Shown piece by piece: positions 50,425 through 63,759 of a DNA stretch of 64,000 bases. The DNA is taken from assembly GCF_006345805.1 (NCBI RefSeq), contig NC_043010.1, positions 43,710,001 through 43,774,000 on the forward strand, in the 5' to 3' direction. The position numbers and the translations under genes are program-made. The notes under the pieces are model-generated. The model was not told the origin of the DNA, searched no databases, and saw only the letters and a list, made by a program, of their open reading frames with translations. Positions within the stretch are counted from its first letter, which is position 1, and every line of letters begins with the position of its first letter. Source of the DNA: Octopus sinensis (taxonomy: Eukaryota).

Positions 50425-53400
50425 TGTGTGTGTTTTTTGTTTTGTAAACTTATGAAACAGAACTAAATTCACATATGTGTTTACACACACATTGTCAATG
50501 GAGATAAAACTAATTGATAAAAATAAAATAAATCTTGAAATAATCAAAAAAGCAAAGTAACATTGGAAGTGTGGTGGTTTGGGGGATACTAATTTATTCA
50601 TTTTTTTTTCATGTTATTATTCAACATTTGAAGTGACAGAGCATAAAACAGAGGCCAACATATCCACCCTCCAACTCATGTATGTTCTTTTTTTTCATAT
50701 GTGTATACTGTATGTATGTATTTGTATGCACTGTCTCCCCTCAAGATAATATTGCCAAACATCCACCTGATAAGCAAGGGTTGATTTAAGATTTTTAGGA
50801 TCTTCTGCACACAAGACATGATTCTCACATGTCACTGGTTATAATTTGGTCACCTTGGTTCTATCATGTATACTCAATGTCTCTCAAAGAATGTGAAATG
50901 GAGAGTGCAGATAATCAAATGAATGGGATGCAACTCTAACAGCTAAGTTAAGCAAACTCTAAACTGGTGTTAGTGATTGGTGTCGTTCACAGATGTAATC
51001 TATTGTAGTATTTCTAAAAGTGGTGAGTTTTTATTAGCTTTGAGTTTACATCCACCTGTCAATGTGGCAAAGGCAATGAAAAAAGCACTTCACTTTGTTC
51101 TTTCTTGGAATCAATATATTATCACTTGCAAGACTAAAAGAAAGTATTGATGGATGATTAACTCAAAGGTGTAGCATGTTTGTGTAATCTTGCTGAGCAA
51201 AGTATCAATTAATTGTGAACCAAGTCTGAGAATCTGGATTTGAAGGATGGAGTTCTGTTTGGAAAGAAAACCTTCAATTAATATTTCTCCATTAATAAAA
51301 CCTCTCTCTTTACATATTCACACACACGTCAATTATAAATTTCAATTTCCCAAGATAGAATTAGGGAAGATTTTGGTTACTTGCCAGTGTGAGAAACCAT
51401 TATTTTATTATAGTAACTAGTACTTTAGTGAGTTCAGTGCAGTTTCAGTTCCTGGTTGAAGCCATTTCATACTGTTACACTGCTAATACCTTTCAAATTA
51501 GTACGAGCATCATGTTCCCTATTTCCTTCCTCTTTAAATCTTCAGCTTTGTAACTCATCAAAAGGTATTTTGATTTTGTATTTAATGTTTCTTTCCCTGT
51601 TATCAAGAACTGGGTAATTTTCATGATCAAGATATGTGGCACTTTATTGTAGATCTATCCAAATCATACCAACATGCAAAAATGGACTCTAAAACATTGG
51701 TTGTATATGAAGCTATGTCCCTACATTACTATCCATATGATCATGACTCCAAACCTTACTTTATCTTTCATGTTATGTCTCTCGACAGACTGCATAACTC
51801 TGCCTGCGACAGTCTGTCTACTTGACAATCACAGTCTGTTATTACATTAGTCTTATTTTCAAAGATGATGATGGTGATGATGATGATTAAAACTGCAGCA
51901 TCACAAGAATGGTAGTGATAGACAAAATGAGTTGTGGTAAAGGAGATTGATTCAAATTGATTTTGCCTTTCATTATTAATAAAACTGGTTAACAAAAAAA
52001 AAAACCATAAGGCCTGTGTTAATTTAAAATTCATCATCATTATTATTGTTGATGATGTTATATTTATATACAATATCTAGAAAGATAAGATTTCACATTC
52101 TGGGTTCTTACATGTTGCCAGCATTCTAATGTTATCCCTGAGCAACACTTTACTTGCACCTAATCAAGACTCAGTTGGTGTGTTTAGTTAGTTATTTAAG
52201 ACATATCCTGGAAGGGGTGCATTGTTAAATTGTGTTTTTGATGCTCTAATGTCAGTGTTTGTTTAGTTACTGGATTTTATTAGATGCTAGAATTGCAGTG
52301 TAGCTTTCTAAGAATTTAGTTTTATTTTCAATTAAAAATTATAGCAGCCAGTGTGAGACACATTTGAAAATTTTGATGTGCTTATGTGTCTATAATAATA
52401 TTGAAATTGCATAGAATGTTTAGATTTCCAGCTTCTGGTGACCAAGTGCACTTGTGCTCCATTTATTTACTGTTCCAAAACAAAGTTACTCATTGATTTT
52501 CTTGAAAAAGTTAAAAACTTACAGAGAAAAATAAAAGCATTAGGTCGGTGTCTCTTTTAGTGTTGTATATTATTAATGGAATGAAACTATGTCAGTATAT
52601 TTATGTCTCCTGTATTTAAGCACTTGAAGTTCATGATCAGGGTTCAAGTATTCAGGGTCTTCAGCCCTCTCAGATGTGTGGAGCCTAGTTCTGTAGATGA
52701 TTTTTGAGTTTGTGATAGCTAATATGTAGGTCAGATGATGCTTTGATTCTGTGTAATAGTGTGATATATTACAAGTTAGGGTGTTGCATTACTACTACTA
52801 CTTCATGATAAGGAAGCATGATATAGAACTCTATTGTCATTGGCAAGAGTTTTGATTGGATTTGAACTTGTTGACCAGAATTAATGTTCACAATGAAAGT
52901 ACAGTCTTAGCTCACATGGCTTTACCTACATGTAATCCATGCAAGGATCATTGCTGCACTTTTGAAAACATGAAGTGCCTTTAGGAATTCCACTTGTCAT
53001 AAAGAGTTAACCACCAGAAACTGCCTGATGGAGACCGAGTTCCAGACTATGCCAGTTGAAGAGAACTGGTCGTATAATGTCTCTGATGATTAGTGGGATA
53101 ACTGACATAAAAGTGAATATACACCTATTTATCGCCAAGACACTGCCAAGTAAAAGTCAGCTTTAGTCAGAATACCAACCCTATCAAGTTTTGAACTTGT
53201 GATTCCTCTTTCTTTTTCAGTCGACCAAAGAACTGTATTGTATTCTAAAGCTTTGCTTGGACAGGGCTGAGTGGTTGAGAGAGGTGGGGGACTAATGTAG
53301 TTGTTCTGTAAAATTTTCAAATGTTTTGTAAACATTATTGTTGTTATGAAAGAAATTTATTATTTATGAAATAAATCATTATTGTTATTACATCAATGTG

Positions 53401-56044
53401 TAATAGCTGAATGCTGCTCTGTCATGAATTAGTACGCTCTTAAAAGCATTTTGTTATATCTAGACATGATTCTTGGCTCTATTTGCCTTACAAAATTATT
53501 ACTACAACTACTATTCACAGTGACATTGGACTACTGTATCACATTTAACAATAAAATGTCCTCAATTTGCTCACGTTAGTGATATTGAACTCTGCTCTTA
53601 GCAAGTTTGTGTCAGCTGTTGTTTCTATGTCCATATGTATAAACCAATTCTTATTCAGGTCCTGATAAATTTATGAAAACATAAGCAATCTCAGAGTTTT
53701 TCCAGTCTCAGTTTTTCTTCAGTAAAATAGTTAGAAATGAGTGATTGGGAAATTACAATTAGATCTTGATTATTTCACTTGTAGAAAATAAAGGATTTGC
53801 TGAGATAATGATACTAAATTATATATCATTAGTCCTTTATTTTCTACATTCCAAAAGAAGAAAGATTGTGTTCTGTCTTATTGATAGAATAATTCAATAG
53901 GAACTAGACTGCACATTGTTTCTAAAATGCAGGATTGAAATAGTTACAGTAATTCAAGCACACAATGTAACAGGTTTCAATTTACAGCCCAATCAAAGTT
54001 TACATAAATCATAATGTATTACAGATTTTTTTTTATTACAAATTGTCATTTGTGTTGTAGAAAAAGCATTATTAATATAATTGGCTTGAAGGCAATTCAT
54101 TTAAACAGGACATGTCTTGTACCATGACTAGCTAAATGAAAGGTTCTGTATTGTAAAAAGTAATGTTATGTTATTGACTTTTATATGAGTGCCACATGTA
54201 TGCAAGCAGATCATGAGAAAAGGAAAAGAAGTGAACATATGTGTATTATTAATAGAAATCACTAAATGGTTGGTTGTTCTGCTCTGTATTGCTTTTTTAC
54301 TGTGGAAAGAGAAATCAGCTCAATCTGCTCCATTGAAGTGAAAACCAAAAAAGAGTAAACTGTCACACTCCTATTTAAAATAGTTAAAATGGTGAAAATA
54401 AAATGTGATAAAACAGTAAAACCAAAATACTACTTGTTGCTTGAAGAGAATGAAATTGTTACATTAGCCTCCTAGATTGATGGAGAAGCAGTGATCGATA
54501 ACAACTAACAAAATGATTAATACAAATATTTTAATAGAAGTGAATTGACTGTAGAACCAACAGCGATATAGCATGTATGTATGTGCAAATTGGACAGGTG
54601 GCTGCATGATATGTATACAAGATACAAGTGAGTGTGTGATGTGCACACAAGTATGGTTTTGCATGTGCACATAGCAAGTGAGTCTTCAGAAAATGCTTTC
54701 ATATATGAGAATCTGCAGAAAGGTGAAATGGTATAGTTTTCCTAACATAAATATGGTTTACTTTGATATCACCATGTGCTCTAAAGGAATATCTTGTTGT
54801 AGGGGAAAGGTGAAAACTGCAGACTACAACAAGTCTTGCTCTTCAGCTGCATAATTAATTGATTAATGTGTATTGTTCTTGTATTTATGTTAGTTGTGTG
54901 TATGAAACAAACGAAAACTGAGTTAATGATAAAGCCACCCAAGTAAAAGGAAATATTTGTTACTGGGTGGTAGATTAGGCCAATACTTGTTGAAAACAGT
55001 TAAAAGGTTGAAATGATTAATTATTATTTAAAGATATTAACTGTTTCATTGCTTGAACAATTAACAAGATATAAAAGAAACTTTCCCAAGACATCCTGTT
55101 TACATAGGTAACCAGTAATTAAAACCATATTTCTACTGATTTTGTTTGTTTGTTTTTTCTTGAGTTTTGGTAGAGAGATGGTGATTAAATATTTGCCACA
55201 GTTAATGTTGATCTGTTTCATGTAAGAGATGATGGTAGTGATGTGCCACTGTTGAGCTGGTCGGTGTTCCATGTAATTGACAATTGTTCTATCAGAGTTG
55301 GATTACCAGTTATTTCTGTCTAAACAGCATCAATAACGAAGGCGAAAACTGTACTCACTATTTTGTCATGTCAGAGAATGGGGTTTAAATTGTGGAAAAC
55401 AAGATGGGTTGTTGGGTCAGCTGCATGCATACAACTGACCCCAAAAACTGGGAGTAATAGCAGCAAGAATACAGACAAACCTAGTTATTGTAAACAAAAC
55501 TATTGAGCAATGTTGGGAATTGTAAACAAATGTATTGTCCTCTCCTATCAGAAATGCTGTCTGTTCAATCAGAAGAATGTCTATATAATCAAAAACATTG
55601 CTGTTTGTTTGAAAGTCAAGAGTCAAGAATTGTATAAAATTAAGGGTTCATTACAATAGCAATGATAGTACGTATACTACTTATATGCCAACAGAAGATA
55701 ATGTTCTTCCAGTCTAATTGGTAAAATAATTCAATACATGATTTGGAAGTGCAAATTTGAAACAGGAGAGTTATACAGATATAGAATATAACCAATTTCA
55801 GTCAAAGCAAAGTTTACATAAAATGTATGTTTTACAAAGCCAATAGAGTTGTAGAAATAATGCTATTAATTTGCCAGGTGGAAGAAATGAAGCAATTTTA
55901 TCTTACATTCAACCCAGCTATTAAGAACAGTGAAGTAAAGGTGGGTCAATATTACAGAAAATAATGTTAAATGAATACCTGAGTTAATGTTTCCTTTGAG
56001 TGCTATGCATATGCTAGCAAATATTGACACACGAAATTCATTTA

Positions 56045-56720
56045 CAGGGTGTTTGAGCAAAATCTGATGGGATTCTTTTTTGTCTCCTTTTTTCAGGAAT
56101 AGCTTGATATATTGGTGAACAGCCAACAGCATTGGAAAGCATAAAAGTTAGCTAATATGGAGGACTGGATGCCATCTGAATACTGGAAAAAAGTTACCAT
56201 GATGAGCCAGGCCAGGTGTCAAGATGCTAATATGATGTTCATGCTCTATAAACATTGTAAAGGCTGCAACAGAGATTATAAAGCTATAGCCAGCAGAAGG
56301 GGAGACAAGACGTTCTGACTGCATCTGCACACAGGAATTCATCTCCACTGACTCAATTGAGTCAGCTATGTGGAGACTAGTAAATCCTGGGCTGAAAGGC
56401 CAGACGTGTAGCAACAGGATTTGGCTCCTTACTATGCCTCCAGAAAGAGTCAGAAGTGGTTGTTGGAGAATTTCTATGACTTTACCAGCCACAATTCCTG
56501 GCCTCCTAATTCCCCCAATTGTAGTCCCATAAATTACTGTGTACAGAATGCAGTTAGTAAAAAAAACACCAACTGCTCTACCTGTAACACCTAGGCCAAG
56601 ATCAAGGTGTTCATAGATCTTACTAGAGACACAGGAATGCATATGCCAGGTTCCAGAGCTCTCTGGAGGCTGTGGTGGAAGCTGAGGGTGGCTACTTTGA
56701 GTAAGTTATCTTCAAGACAT
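56045..56720 (+). mobile_element. Internally deleted DD37D (maT-type) Tc1/mariner element
   Basis: TA|CAGGGTGTTTGAGCAAAATCTGATGG left end and N-terminal MEDWMPSEYWKK. The catalytic region QQD-LAPYYASRKSQKWLLENF...WPPNSPNCSPI-NY has exactly 37 residues between the second D and the degenerate third D. C-terminus RFQSSLEAVVEAEGGYFE* (stop 56702-56704). Confidence 0.85.
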
Positions 56721-56726
56721 AATCTA

Positions 56727-57010
56727 CAGGATATTTGGGCTAAATTTGATGATTTTTTTATTTTTATATATGTATTTCCTTTTTTTCAGGTACAGCTTCA
56801 TATATTGGTGAATGGTCAACAGCATTGTTGAACAAAAAAATTAAAGCTGTAGTTGAGAAATAGTTAGCTAGCATAGAGGACTGGAAGCCATCTGAGTATT
56901 GGAAAAGAGTTACCTATATCATGATGATTCATGCCAACTATCAAAATGTCAACATCATGACTGCTGCTCAATTTTCTGTGAACACTGTAAAGGCTGCAAT
57001 GGAGACTACA
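56727..57010 (+). mobile_element. Second, 3'-truncated copy of the same maT element's left end, head-to-tail
   Basis: TA|CAGGATATTTGGGCTAAATTTGATG...TTTTTTCAGG..AGCTT.ATATATTGGTGAA...GAGGACTGGAAGCCATCTGAGTATTGGAAAAG parallels 56045-56280. Confidence 0.8.
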
Positions 57011-58814
57011 ATGCTGATTTATGTATTTTTTAGAAGTTATTGATTCTGAAATAGATTCAAATTTATTTGGAATGAATCGGTCAAAAGCATTTATCACCAA
57101 TATCAATGTTCAATGATACTACTGACATTTTTAATTAAGGTTCACAATTCAATTCTGCAGGACGTTCTTAAGATTTAAAGGATGATGAACAAAAGATAAC
57201 TTTCCTTCAAAACTTTGCAACCAAGGAGATGGCCAGTCAAAACTAACTAAATTAAAAACAGAAAAAAAGAATAACATACATACATGTTTGTGTGGAGGGT
57301 ACATACAGACACACATATGTGGGGGGGGGGGTACATACATAATTTAGGCTGGTCCAGTGCCCTATTCTGGAGTTTCCACTATGTGAGACAAATCTAAATT
57401 AAAGTGCAACAAACCAATGGAGCGGTCTGGATAAACTATTGCACTCTAAATTTATATTGAGTATGTCTTCTGATCGTTACATAACAACGGTGTGTGTATT
57501 CGCGTACATAAGTAAATTTATGTATACTCGTGTAATCATAAGCTTTGACTTCTCAACACTGAAGCAAGTGAATGAGAGTTACTTCCCTTGAATTTTTGCC
57601 TGCGTATTGTCGAGCTGATATTAAACTTCGTAAAAGTAACGGAATTTGTGGCGTCCAGAGAACCACATATGTTATTTTTGTTTTAATCAGAACTCGCAAC
57701 CTGAACAACTGCAATATAGTTTTTGTGTGAACATGACGCTTAGATGTGCAATGCTGATTCTGGCATTAATGTTAATATGTAGTAGGATGGTGTACCAAAA
57801 GATGTTGAGGTAGAAGATGAAATAGGTATGTGAATGACATCAAAGTATAACAATGGGAAATTATCGAATTGTGGATTAAATAATTTATTTAATCGACGCT
57901 TGCATTTACGTGTTGTAGACACCAGAAAATTCACTACATGACATTACCAACTTGCTTCGAGTTGGCGAAGAAGAAAATAAACAGGGGTAATAGTGTTGAT
58001 GTGATGAGTTTGAACTGGGCATGTTTTGTGTCTGTGTGTGCGTTGGTCATTCGGTGGTGTCTGTTTATGTTCTGCGACTGCTATTGTGTTAGGTCGTTCA
58101 TGCTGAAATTGTGGTTCTATGTTGGCTGCTTGACTGGCGCAAGTTACTTGCTGGCTGTCTGCTTGTCTCTTGACAGTTCGCCTGGTGATGGCTATCTGCA
58201 GTCCCTTGAGGGATTGCCACTTGATGGCTGTCTGACTGTATTTATAATGGTCATAACAGCTAGGACAGATTATACCACAGGAGTAATTTCTACTTATGTA
58301 GGTCGCCTCCTGTCCACTTGAACTTTAATTGATACAGCTAAGGTCGTAGGTCGAAGAGAAATCAATCCATCACTTTTTCACAGGACAAAGAAATTTCTCT
58401 CACACCTTAGACTCGGTTTCAAATTTACAGGTGCTTCATACAAGGGGTTTGCTTTCAGTAACCATCTTCACAGCAGTGCGTAGCTAGCCTTCTCTCCCAT
58501 ACACATGAGGCTCAATAACCTCTGGAGACAATGCATGCGGTACCACAGTGGGACAAAATCTGCTGTGAGCTCCTGGCTTCGAAGTCTTGCTCGGTGGTCA
58601 GCATGAGAAGAATGAGATATTTTTTTATTACCCACAAGGGGCCAACGAAGAAGGAACAATACAAACATGTGGGGACATATAAAACGAAAAAATTAAAATT
58701 AAAATATACGATATACATGAATGATACAATGAAAATTAGCTACTTGCTCCACCTCAAGCAGTATCACTTGCTTCCTTTTATCTTTTAAATTCCATATTCC
58801 TCGGTCAGCTCCTC

Positions 58815-59120
58815 ATACTTTATGTTGTATCATCTTTAAATCACAAATCACCCTCCAACACTTATAACCACCCTTGTATTTCAATATTTCACCTTTTTGA
58901 CTTTCGGACACTAGAACACATGAATGCCATCCTTCAATGTTTGTCCGGCCTTTGACATGAACAAATCTTGCAGTCTCCCATTTTGTTATCTCATTGAGCA
59001 GTTCCTTGTCCACACCTTCAACCATCATACAAGCGTAACAATTTTCAGTGGAACCTTCAGTTGCACCCTCATACTTTCACACGATTGGTTGCCCATTTGG
59101 TCCAATTACTGTTACCTCTG
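58815..59120 (-). mobile_element. Possible degenerate RTE RT N-terminal fragment
   Basis: EGWHSCVLVSESQKGEILKY...WRVI loosely resembles RTE EWR.SVLVP..K.KGD...NY...WERVI. Confidence 0.4.
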
Positions 59121-59571
59121 CCCCATACATGACAGTTTCTGTATTACAGTGGTCTACCTACTTAAATGCTCCAAAGAATTTAACCAAAGCTTTAACAAAA
59201 AACACACACAGAAGCTTATGCAGTCTCTGGGCACCCACTCCACTGAAAAAGATACACATATAGTATCACTGCATATATTCCAATTCTACATGAACACCAA
59301 CCCCAAGACATACATTAATTTCCCATACATACTTTCCAGTAAACTCTTATCACCTAACATCCCCAGAGGCGGGGTTTTATATGCCAAGGGGCATAACTCT
59401 TAACCCTTAATTTGTTTCATCATCTTTTTCACAACCACAATCCCGATGGTCTTTTCACCTTCAACAATAGAGAAATGTCGTCATATTTCATTCCATAGCT
59501 GTCATCTCTGACGAGCACAGGGTTATATAATTGGACTGCTATCCTAACACTGTTGAAGCCCTAGTGGAGTA

Positions 59572-59762
59572 AGGTAGCAAGCTGGCAGAATCATTGGCAC
59601 ACTGGGCAAAAATACTTCGCAGCTTTTCATCCATCATGTTGAGATCAAATTCCATCGAGGTCAACTTTGCCTCTCATCCTTTCAGGGTCAATAAATAAAC
59701 GTTGGACACTGTGGGCTGATATAATTGGCTTGCCCTACTCCAAAATTGGAAACCAATATTGG
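59572..59762 (+). mobile_element. tRNA-derived SINE (family of 31012-31232)
   Basis: AAGGTAGCAAGCTGGCAGAATCATTGGCAC...GAGATCAAATTCCATCGAGGTCAACTTTGCC. Confidence 0.75.
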
Positions 59763-59848
59763 GAGTGAGGATTTTACAAAAATAAGATCGTTGTTACAAG
59801 AAACCTTAAAACTGTGTACCATTTCATTCCTGCAACGATATTGTAGCA

Positions 59849-61018
59849 ATCATCATCATCATCATCATCGTTTAGCGTCCGCTTTCCATGCTAGCATGGG
59901 TTGGACGGGTCAACTGGGGTCTGTGAAGCTGGAAGGCTTCGTCAGGCCCAGTCAGATCTGGCAGTGTTTCTACGGCTGGATGCCCTTCCTAACGCCAACC
60001 ACTCCGCGAGTGTAGTGGGTGTTTTTTACGTGCCACCTGCACAGGTGCCAGACAGAGCTGGCGAACGGCCACGAACGGATGGTGCTTTTACGTGTCACCA
60101 GCACGGGGCCAGGCGATGCTGGCAACGGACACGAACAGATGGTGCTTTTACGTGGCACCGACACGGGGCCAGACAGAGCTGGCAAACGGCCACGAGCGGA
60201 CGGTGCTTTTACGTGTCACCGGCACGGGGGCCAGCCGAGGCTGGCAACGGACACGGACGGATGGTGCTTTTACGTGCCACCGACACGGGGCCAGACAGAG
60301 CTGGCAAACGGCCACGAACGGATGGTGCTTTTACGTGCCACCGACACGGGACCAGACAGAGCTGGCCAATGGCCACGAACGGACGGTGCTTTTACGTGTC
60401 ACCGGCACGGGGCCAGGCGAGGCTGGCAACGAACACGAACGGATGGTGCTTTTACGTGCCACCGACACGGGGCCAGGCAGAGCTGGCAAATGGCCATGAG
60501 CGAATGGTGCTTTTACGTATCACCGGCACGGGTGCCAGACGAGGCTGACAGCGGACACGAACAGATGGGTCACTTAACCCCTGCTTTCTGATATATGATT
60601 TGATTTTGATTGTTCTCACTGGTCTTGCCAGGTCTTCTCACGCACAGCATACTTCCATAGGTCTCGGTCTCTGGTCATTTCCTTGGTGAGACCTAGAGTT
60701 CGAAGGTCGTGCTTCACCACCTCGACCCAGGTTTTCCTGGGTCTACCTCTTCCACAGGTCCCCTCAACTGCCAGGGTGTGGCACTTTTTCACACACCTAT
60801 CTTCATCCATTCTCACATGACCATACCAGCGCAATCGTCTCTCTTGCACACAACATCTGATTCCTCTTAGGTCCAACTTTTCTCTCAAGGTACTTACACT
60901 CTGTCGACTATGAACACTGACATTACACATCCAACGGAGCATACTAGCTTCATTTCTCGCGAGCTTACGCATGTCCTCAGCAGTCACGGCCCATGTTTCA
61001 CTGCCATGTAGCATGGCT
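59849..61018 (-). mobile_element. 5'-truncated RTE LINE with a 9-unit tandem array in its 3' UTR
   Basis: RT C-terminal ORF 60616-61014 (MLHGSETWAVT...RLRWYGHV...GRGRPRKTW), then the array, then the conserved tail and (GAT)n. Confidence 0.93.
60018..60566. repeat. Tandem array of nine 60-63 bp units of two sequence types (A-B-A-B-A-A-B-A-B)
   Basis: Units start at 60018, 60081, 60141, 60202, 60263, 60324, 60385, 60445 and 60506 (GGTGCTTTTACGT...). Confidence 0.95.
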
Positions 61019-61379
61019 TACTATTAAGTTTAATTAGCATCAGAGGATTGCTTACAGAAGCCCTGAAGTGAATGTTAGCAACAAATAGGATTCCATCACT
61101 TACGGGTTGAGTTCATGAAGAAAATTTTTATTTTTATTTTTGTATTACTATTCTAATAAGAGTTGAACAATTAGCTGACTGAAATGAGGTTTGGTATTAT
61201 CTCCACTGAGGGATTTCTCCTAATTAAAAACAAATACTGTATAAAGGCAAGTATAGTTCTATAAACATAAAAGGGATGACAGGTCTTTGTTTATTTTGCA
61301 CTACAGAGCTACTGAAGAAATGACACCACTTGTAGTAACACTTAAAATGCATTAGATTGGTATTCCTATTATTAGTGAT

Positions 61380-61592
61380 TAAGGTGGCAAGTTGGCAGAA
61401 TCGTAAGTACGTTGGACAAAATGCTTAGTGGTATCTTTGTTTCAAGTTTGAATCCTACCGAAGACAACTTTGCCTCTCCTCCTTTTGAGGTCAATAAAAT
61501 GAAGAACCTATCAAATACTGGATGCAATGTAATTGACTAGTCCATCTCTCCTAAAATATTACTGATCTAGTGCTAAAATTTGAAACAATTCT
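61380..61592 (+). mobile_element. tRNA-derived SINE (family of 31012-31232)
   Basis: AAGGTGGCAAGTTGGCAGAATCG...TTTGCCTCTCC...AAAATTTGAAAC. Confidence 0.75.
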
Positions 61593-63759
61593 TTCAAAGT
61601 ATAAAGGTGTGATTTTTTTTCTTCTCTCTCTCTGAATACAACTTCGTTTCAAGTATTGGAGTACTTACCAATAAGAATTTTAGTTACCTGTGGACAGTCT
61701 ACCATTGATGCCCTGAGGTAGACTAAAATAGGTTTCTACAGACTTAAATGTATTTACTTTCAAAACTTGATGACATTTCCTGTCAAAGTCTCTAACAGAT
61801 TTGCCTGCTGCACAAGGCAAAATATTTGAGCAGTACACAAAATGAAGAAAAAAAAAACAAAAAAAGACAGCTGTAAAATAAGTTGCACCTCAGTAAGAAC
61901 ACTTACAGCAAGAAGAAAATAAAGAACATTTTAATGAATAATTAACAGAATAAAATCATTCCTAACAGTTTAGCAAATAATTTTAACAAAGGCGATAACA
62001 ACACCACTCATGCACAGAGAAATATACATATAGTAGTTTTGCCTCTGTGGTTTTTTAGATTTAACACAGTTCCCTGAAAAAAGAATTGGGAGAATCTTAC
62101 AAAACCAACTGGTATCCCTTTCCTGCATAATCTAATGCAGGAGATCAAAGAGGAAAATGAGGTATTTGTTCTTCAAAAAGAAAGCAGTTTCTAATTGCAT
62201 TCAAAACAGTGGTCAGAAGAAATTCTCTCGGTCAAGAGGAAGAAGGTTTATGACGTGGTTTGCTGCATTTTCAAGAATAGAGACTCAGCCAAAACCTAGA
62301 CTGAAATAGGTATAACTCTGACCATGCAAGGTGACAATGAGGGACATTGGAAACAATATGAATCTGTGTCTGGTCATTTTTGTATCCCAGTATGGGCAGG
62401 TGATTAAAATAGGAGTGACAAGAGGCAGTGTGGTCATTGAGAAGGTCAAAATGGATGAGTTCTAATGCCCTCCAAAGACCACAGAGCTGTGGACAGTTGA
62501 GACAAATGGCATGGCACTGTAGGACAAAAGAACTAGTTGCTACATATATGGTAGTAAGAACTAAATAGAGGCTTTTTACCCCAAAGAATTGAAAAATAAG
62601 AAAGGAAAGCAATGGAGACCAGCTGAAGCAGCAACAATAAGCCTCAGTCTCCAAAGTACCGTCAGTCACAGCTCTGAGAATGATGGCTATTGTCTTGTAT
62701 CCAGTTTTGGAAACAAATGAGCAGACACTCCATTATTGTATGAAAGAGAGATAATGGTTGTGGAGCAAACTTTCCAAACTGCAAAACATAAAAGAAAGAC
62801 ATCACAAAAAAAAAAAAAAAGATGACTAGCAATAGCAAACGTGAAACATGAAAGCTCCTCGTGGCAAGAAGGCAAACAATGATGAAAAACAGGATGGATT
62901 GAAATTCACCATCCTTCAAAGGTTGAACAAAAACCTAATAGACACAACCACACATTTACAGTGTAGTAGATATATTGATTCATGAAACTCAAGGTTGGAT
63001 TTAAGGAAATGGTCAAAAGACAAGATGTTGGTAAAAATAACTGAATATAAACTGAAAGAAATGTATTCTGATGACATGAGTTTTTACTTACCCCAACTCA
63101 CTAAAAAATGATAACAGGCCCCTATGGGTGCAAACCAGACTTAAACGTAAGCAATAGCAGGTGGGTAGAGATCTGGAGTGTTATAACTCGATTAGTTAAT
63201 AGATTACTCATCGGCGAGAACCTTGTTTTTCCTGTTTTCTGTTTAATGTATATTTTATCTTAATGACACACTTTTAATTATTCCATTTTTATGCATTTTA
63301 ACTTGTCCCTTTATATATATATAGATAGATAGCAACCATCACTCTTCACCTTGTCTTTGTTATAACTTTTGTCCTACCTCACACATTTTGCAATCCCCCG
63401 TTTAGCATTCATCATCTCTTCAAAACCTTGTGGCTAATAAAGAAACTATTATCGCCATGTGTAGGTGTATGACCTAGTGATGAAGAGTGTTCAGTTCATA
63501 TGATAATCAGTTTAATTCCTAGACCAGGCAGCATGTTTGTCCTTGAGCAAGTCACTTTATTTCATGTTGCTGCAGTCTACTTAGCTGTAATACTCTCATA
63601 GCCATCTTTGTCTACGATGACCACATTCTGAATGTTCAAGGATGAAGGGGCCAAGAAAAGGTCTATGACTGTGGCTTCAAAGGCACTTAAAGCAATTAGT
63701 GAAAGCATAGTATACTTGACCAAGCTATGTTCACAACTGATTGTTTTATCATTATCATT

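Noticed and set aside
56148-56642. 164-aa minus-strand ORF with FRWHPVL, superficially like cytochrome b561 (F.WHPVLM) or a tetraspanin
   Set aside because: It is the antisense of the DD37D transposase remnant. A stop follows the motif and no other b561 His motifs are present.
60018-60566. CRISPR-like array or HDV-like ribozyme (CCAGCCTCG.CTGGC resembles HDV P2/P3/L3)
   Set aside because: There are no unique spacers, no cas genes and the context is eukaryotic. I could not find a P1 partner strand or a J4/2 catalytic C in the right place, and no hammerhead CTGATGA/GAAA core. A ribozyme is not supported without a covariance search.
59901-60591. Overlapping 135-215 aa ORFs (also at 27422-27873 and 34295-34630)
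   Set aside because: By-products of the GC-rich tandem repeat in the RTE 3' UTR, with no domain content.
62271-62669. 132-aa Cys/His-rich minus-strand ORF
   Set aside because: GTG start, no recognisable motif and no convincing splice sites. More likely UTR/intergenic.
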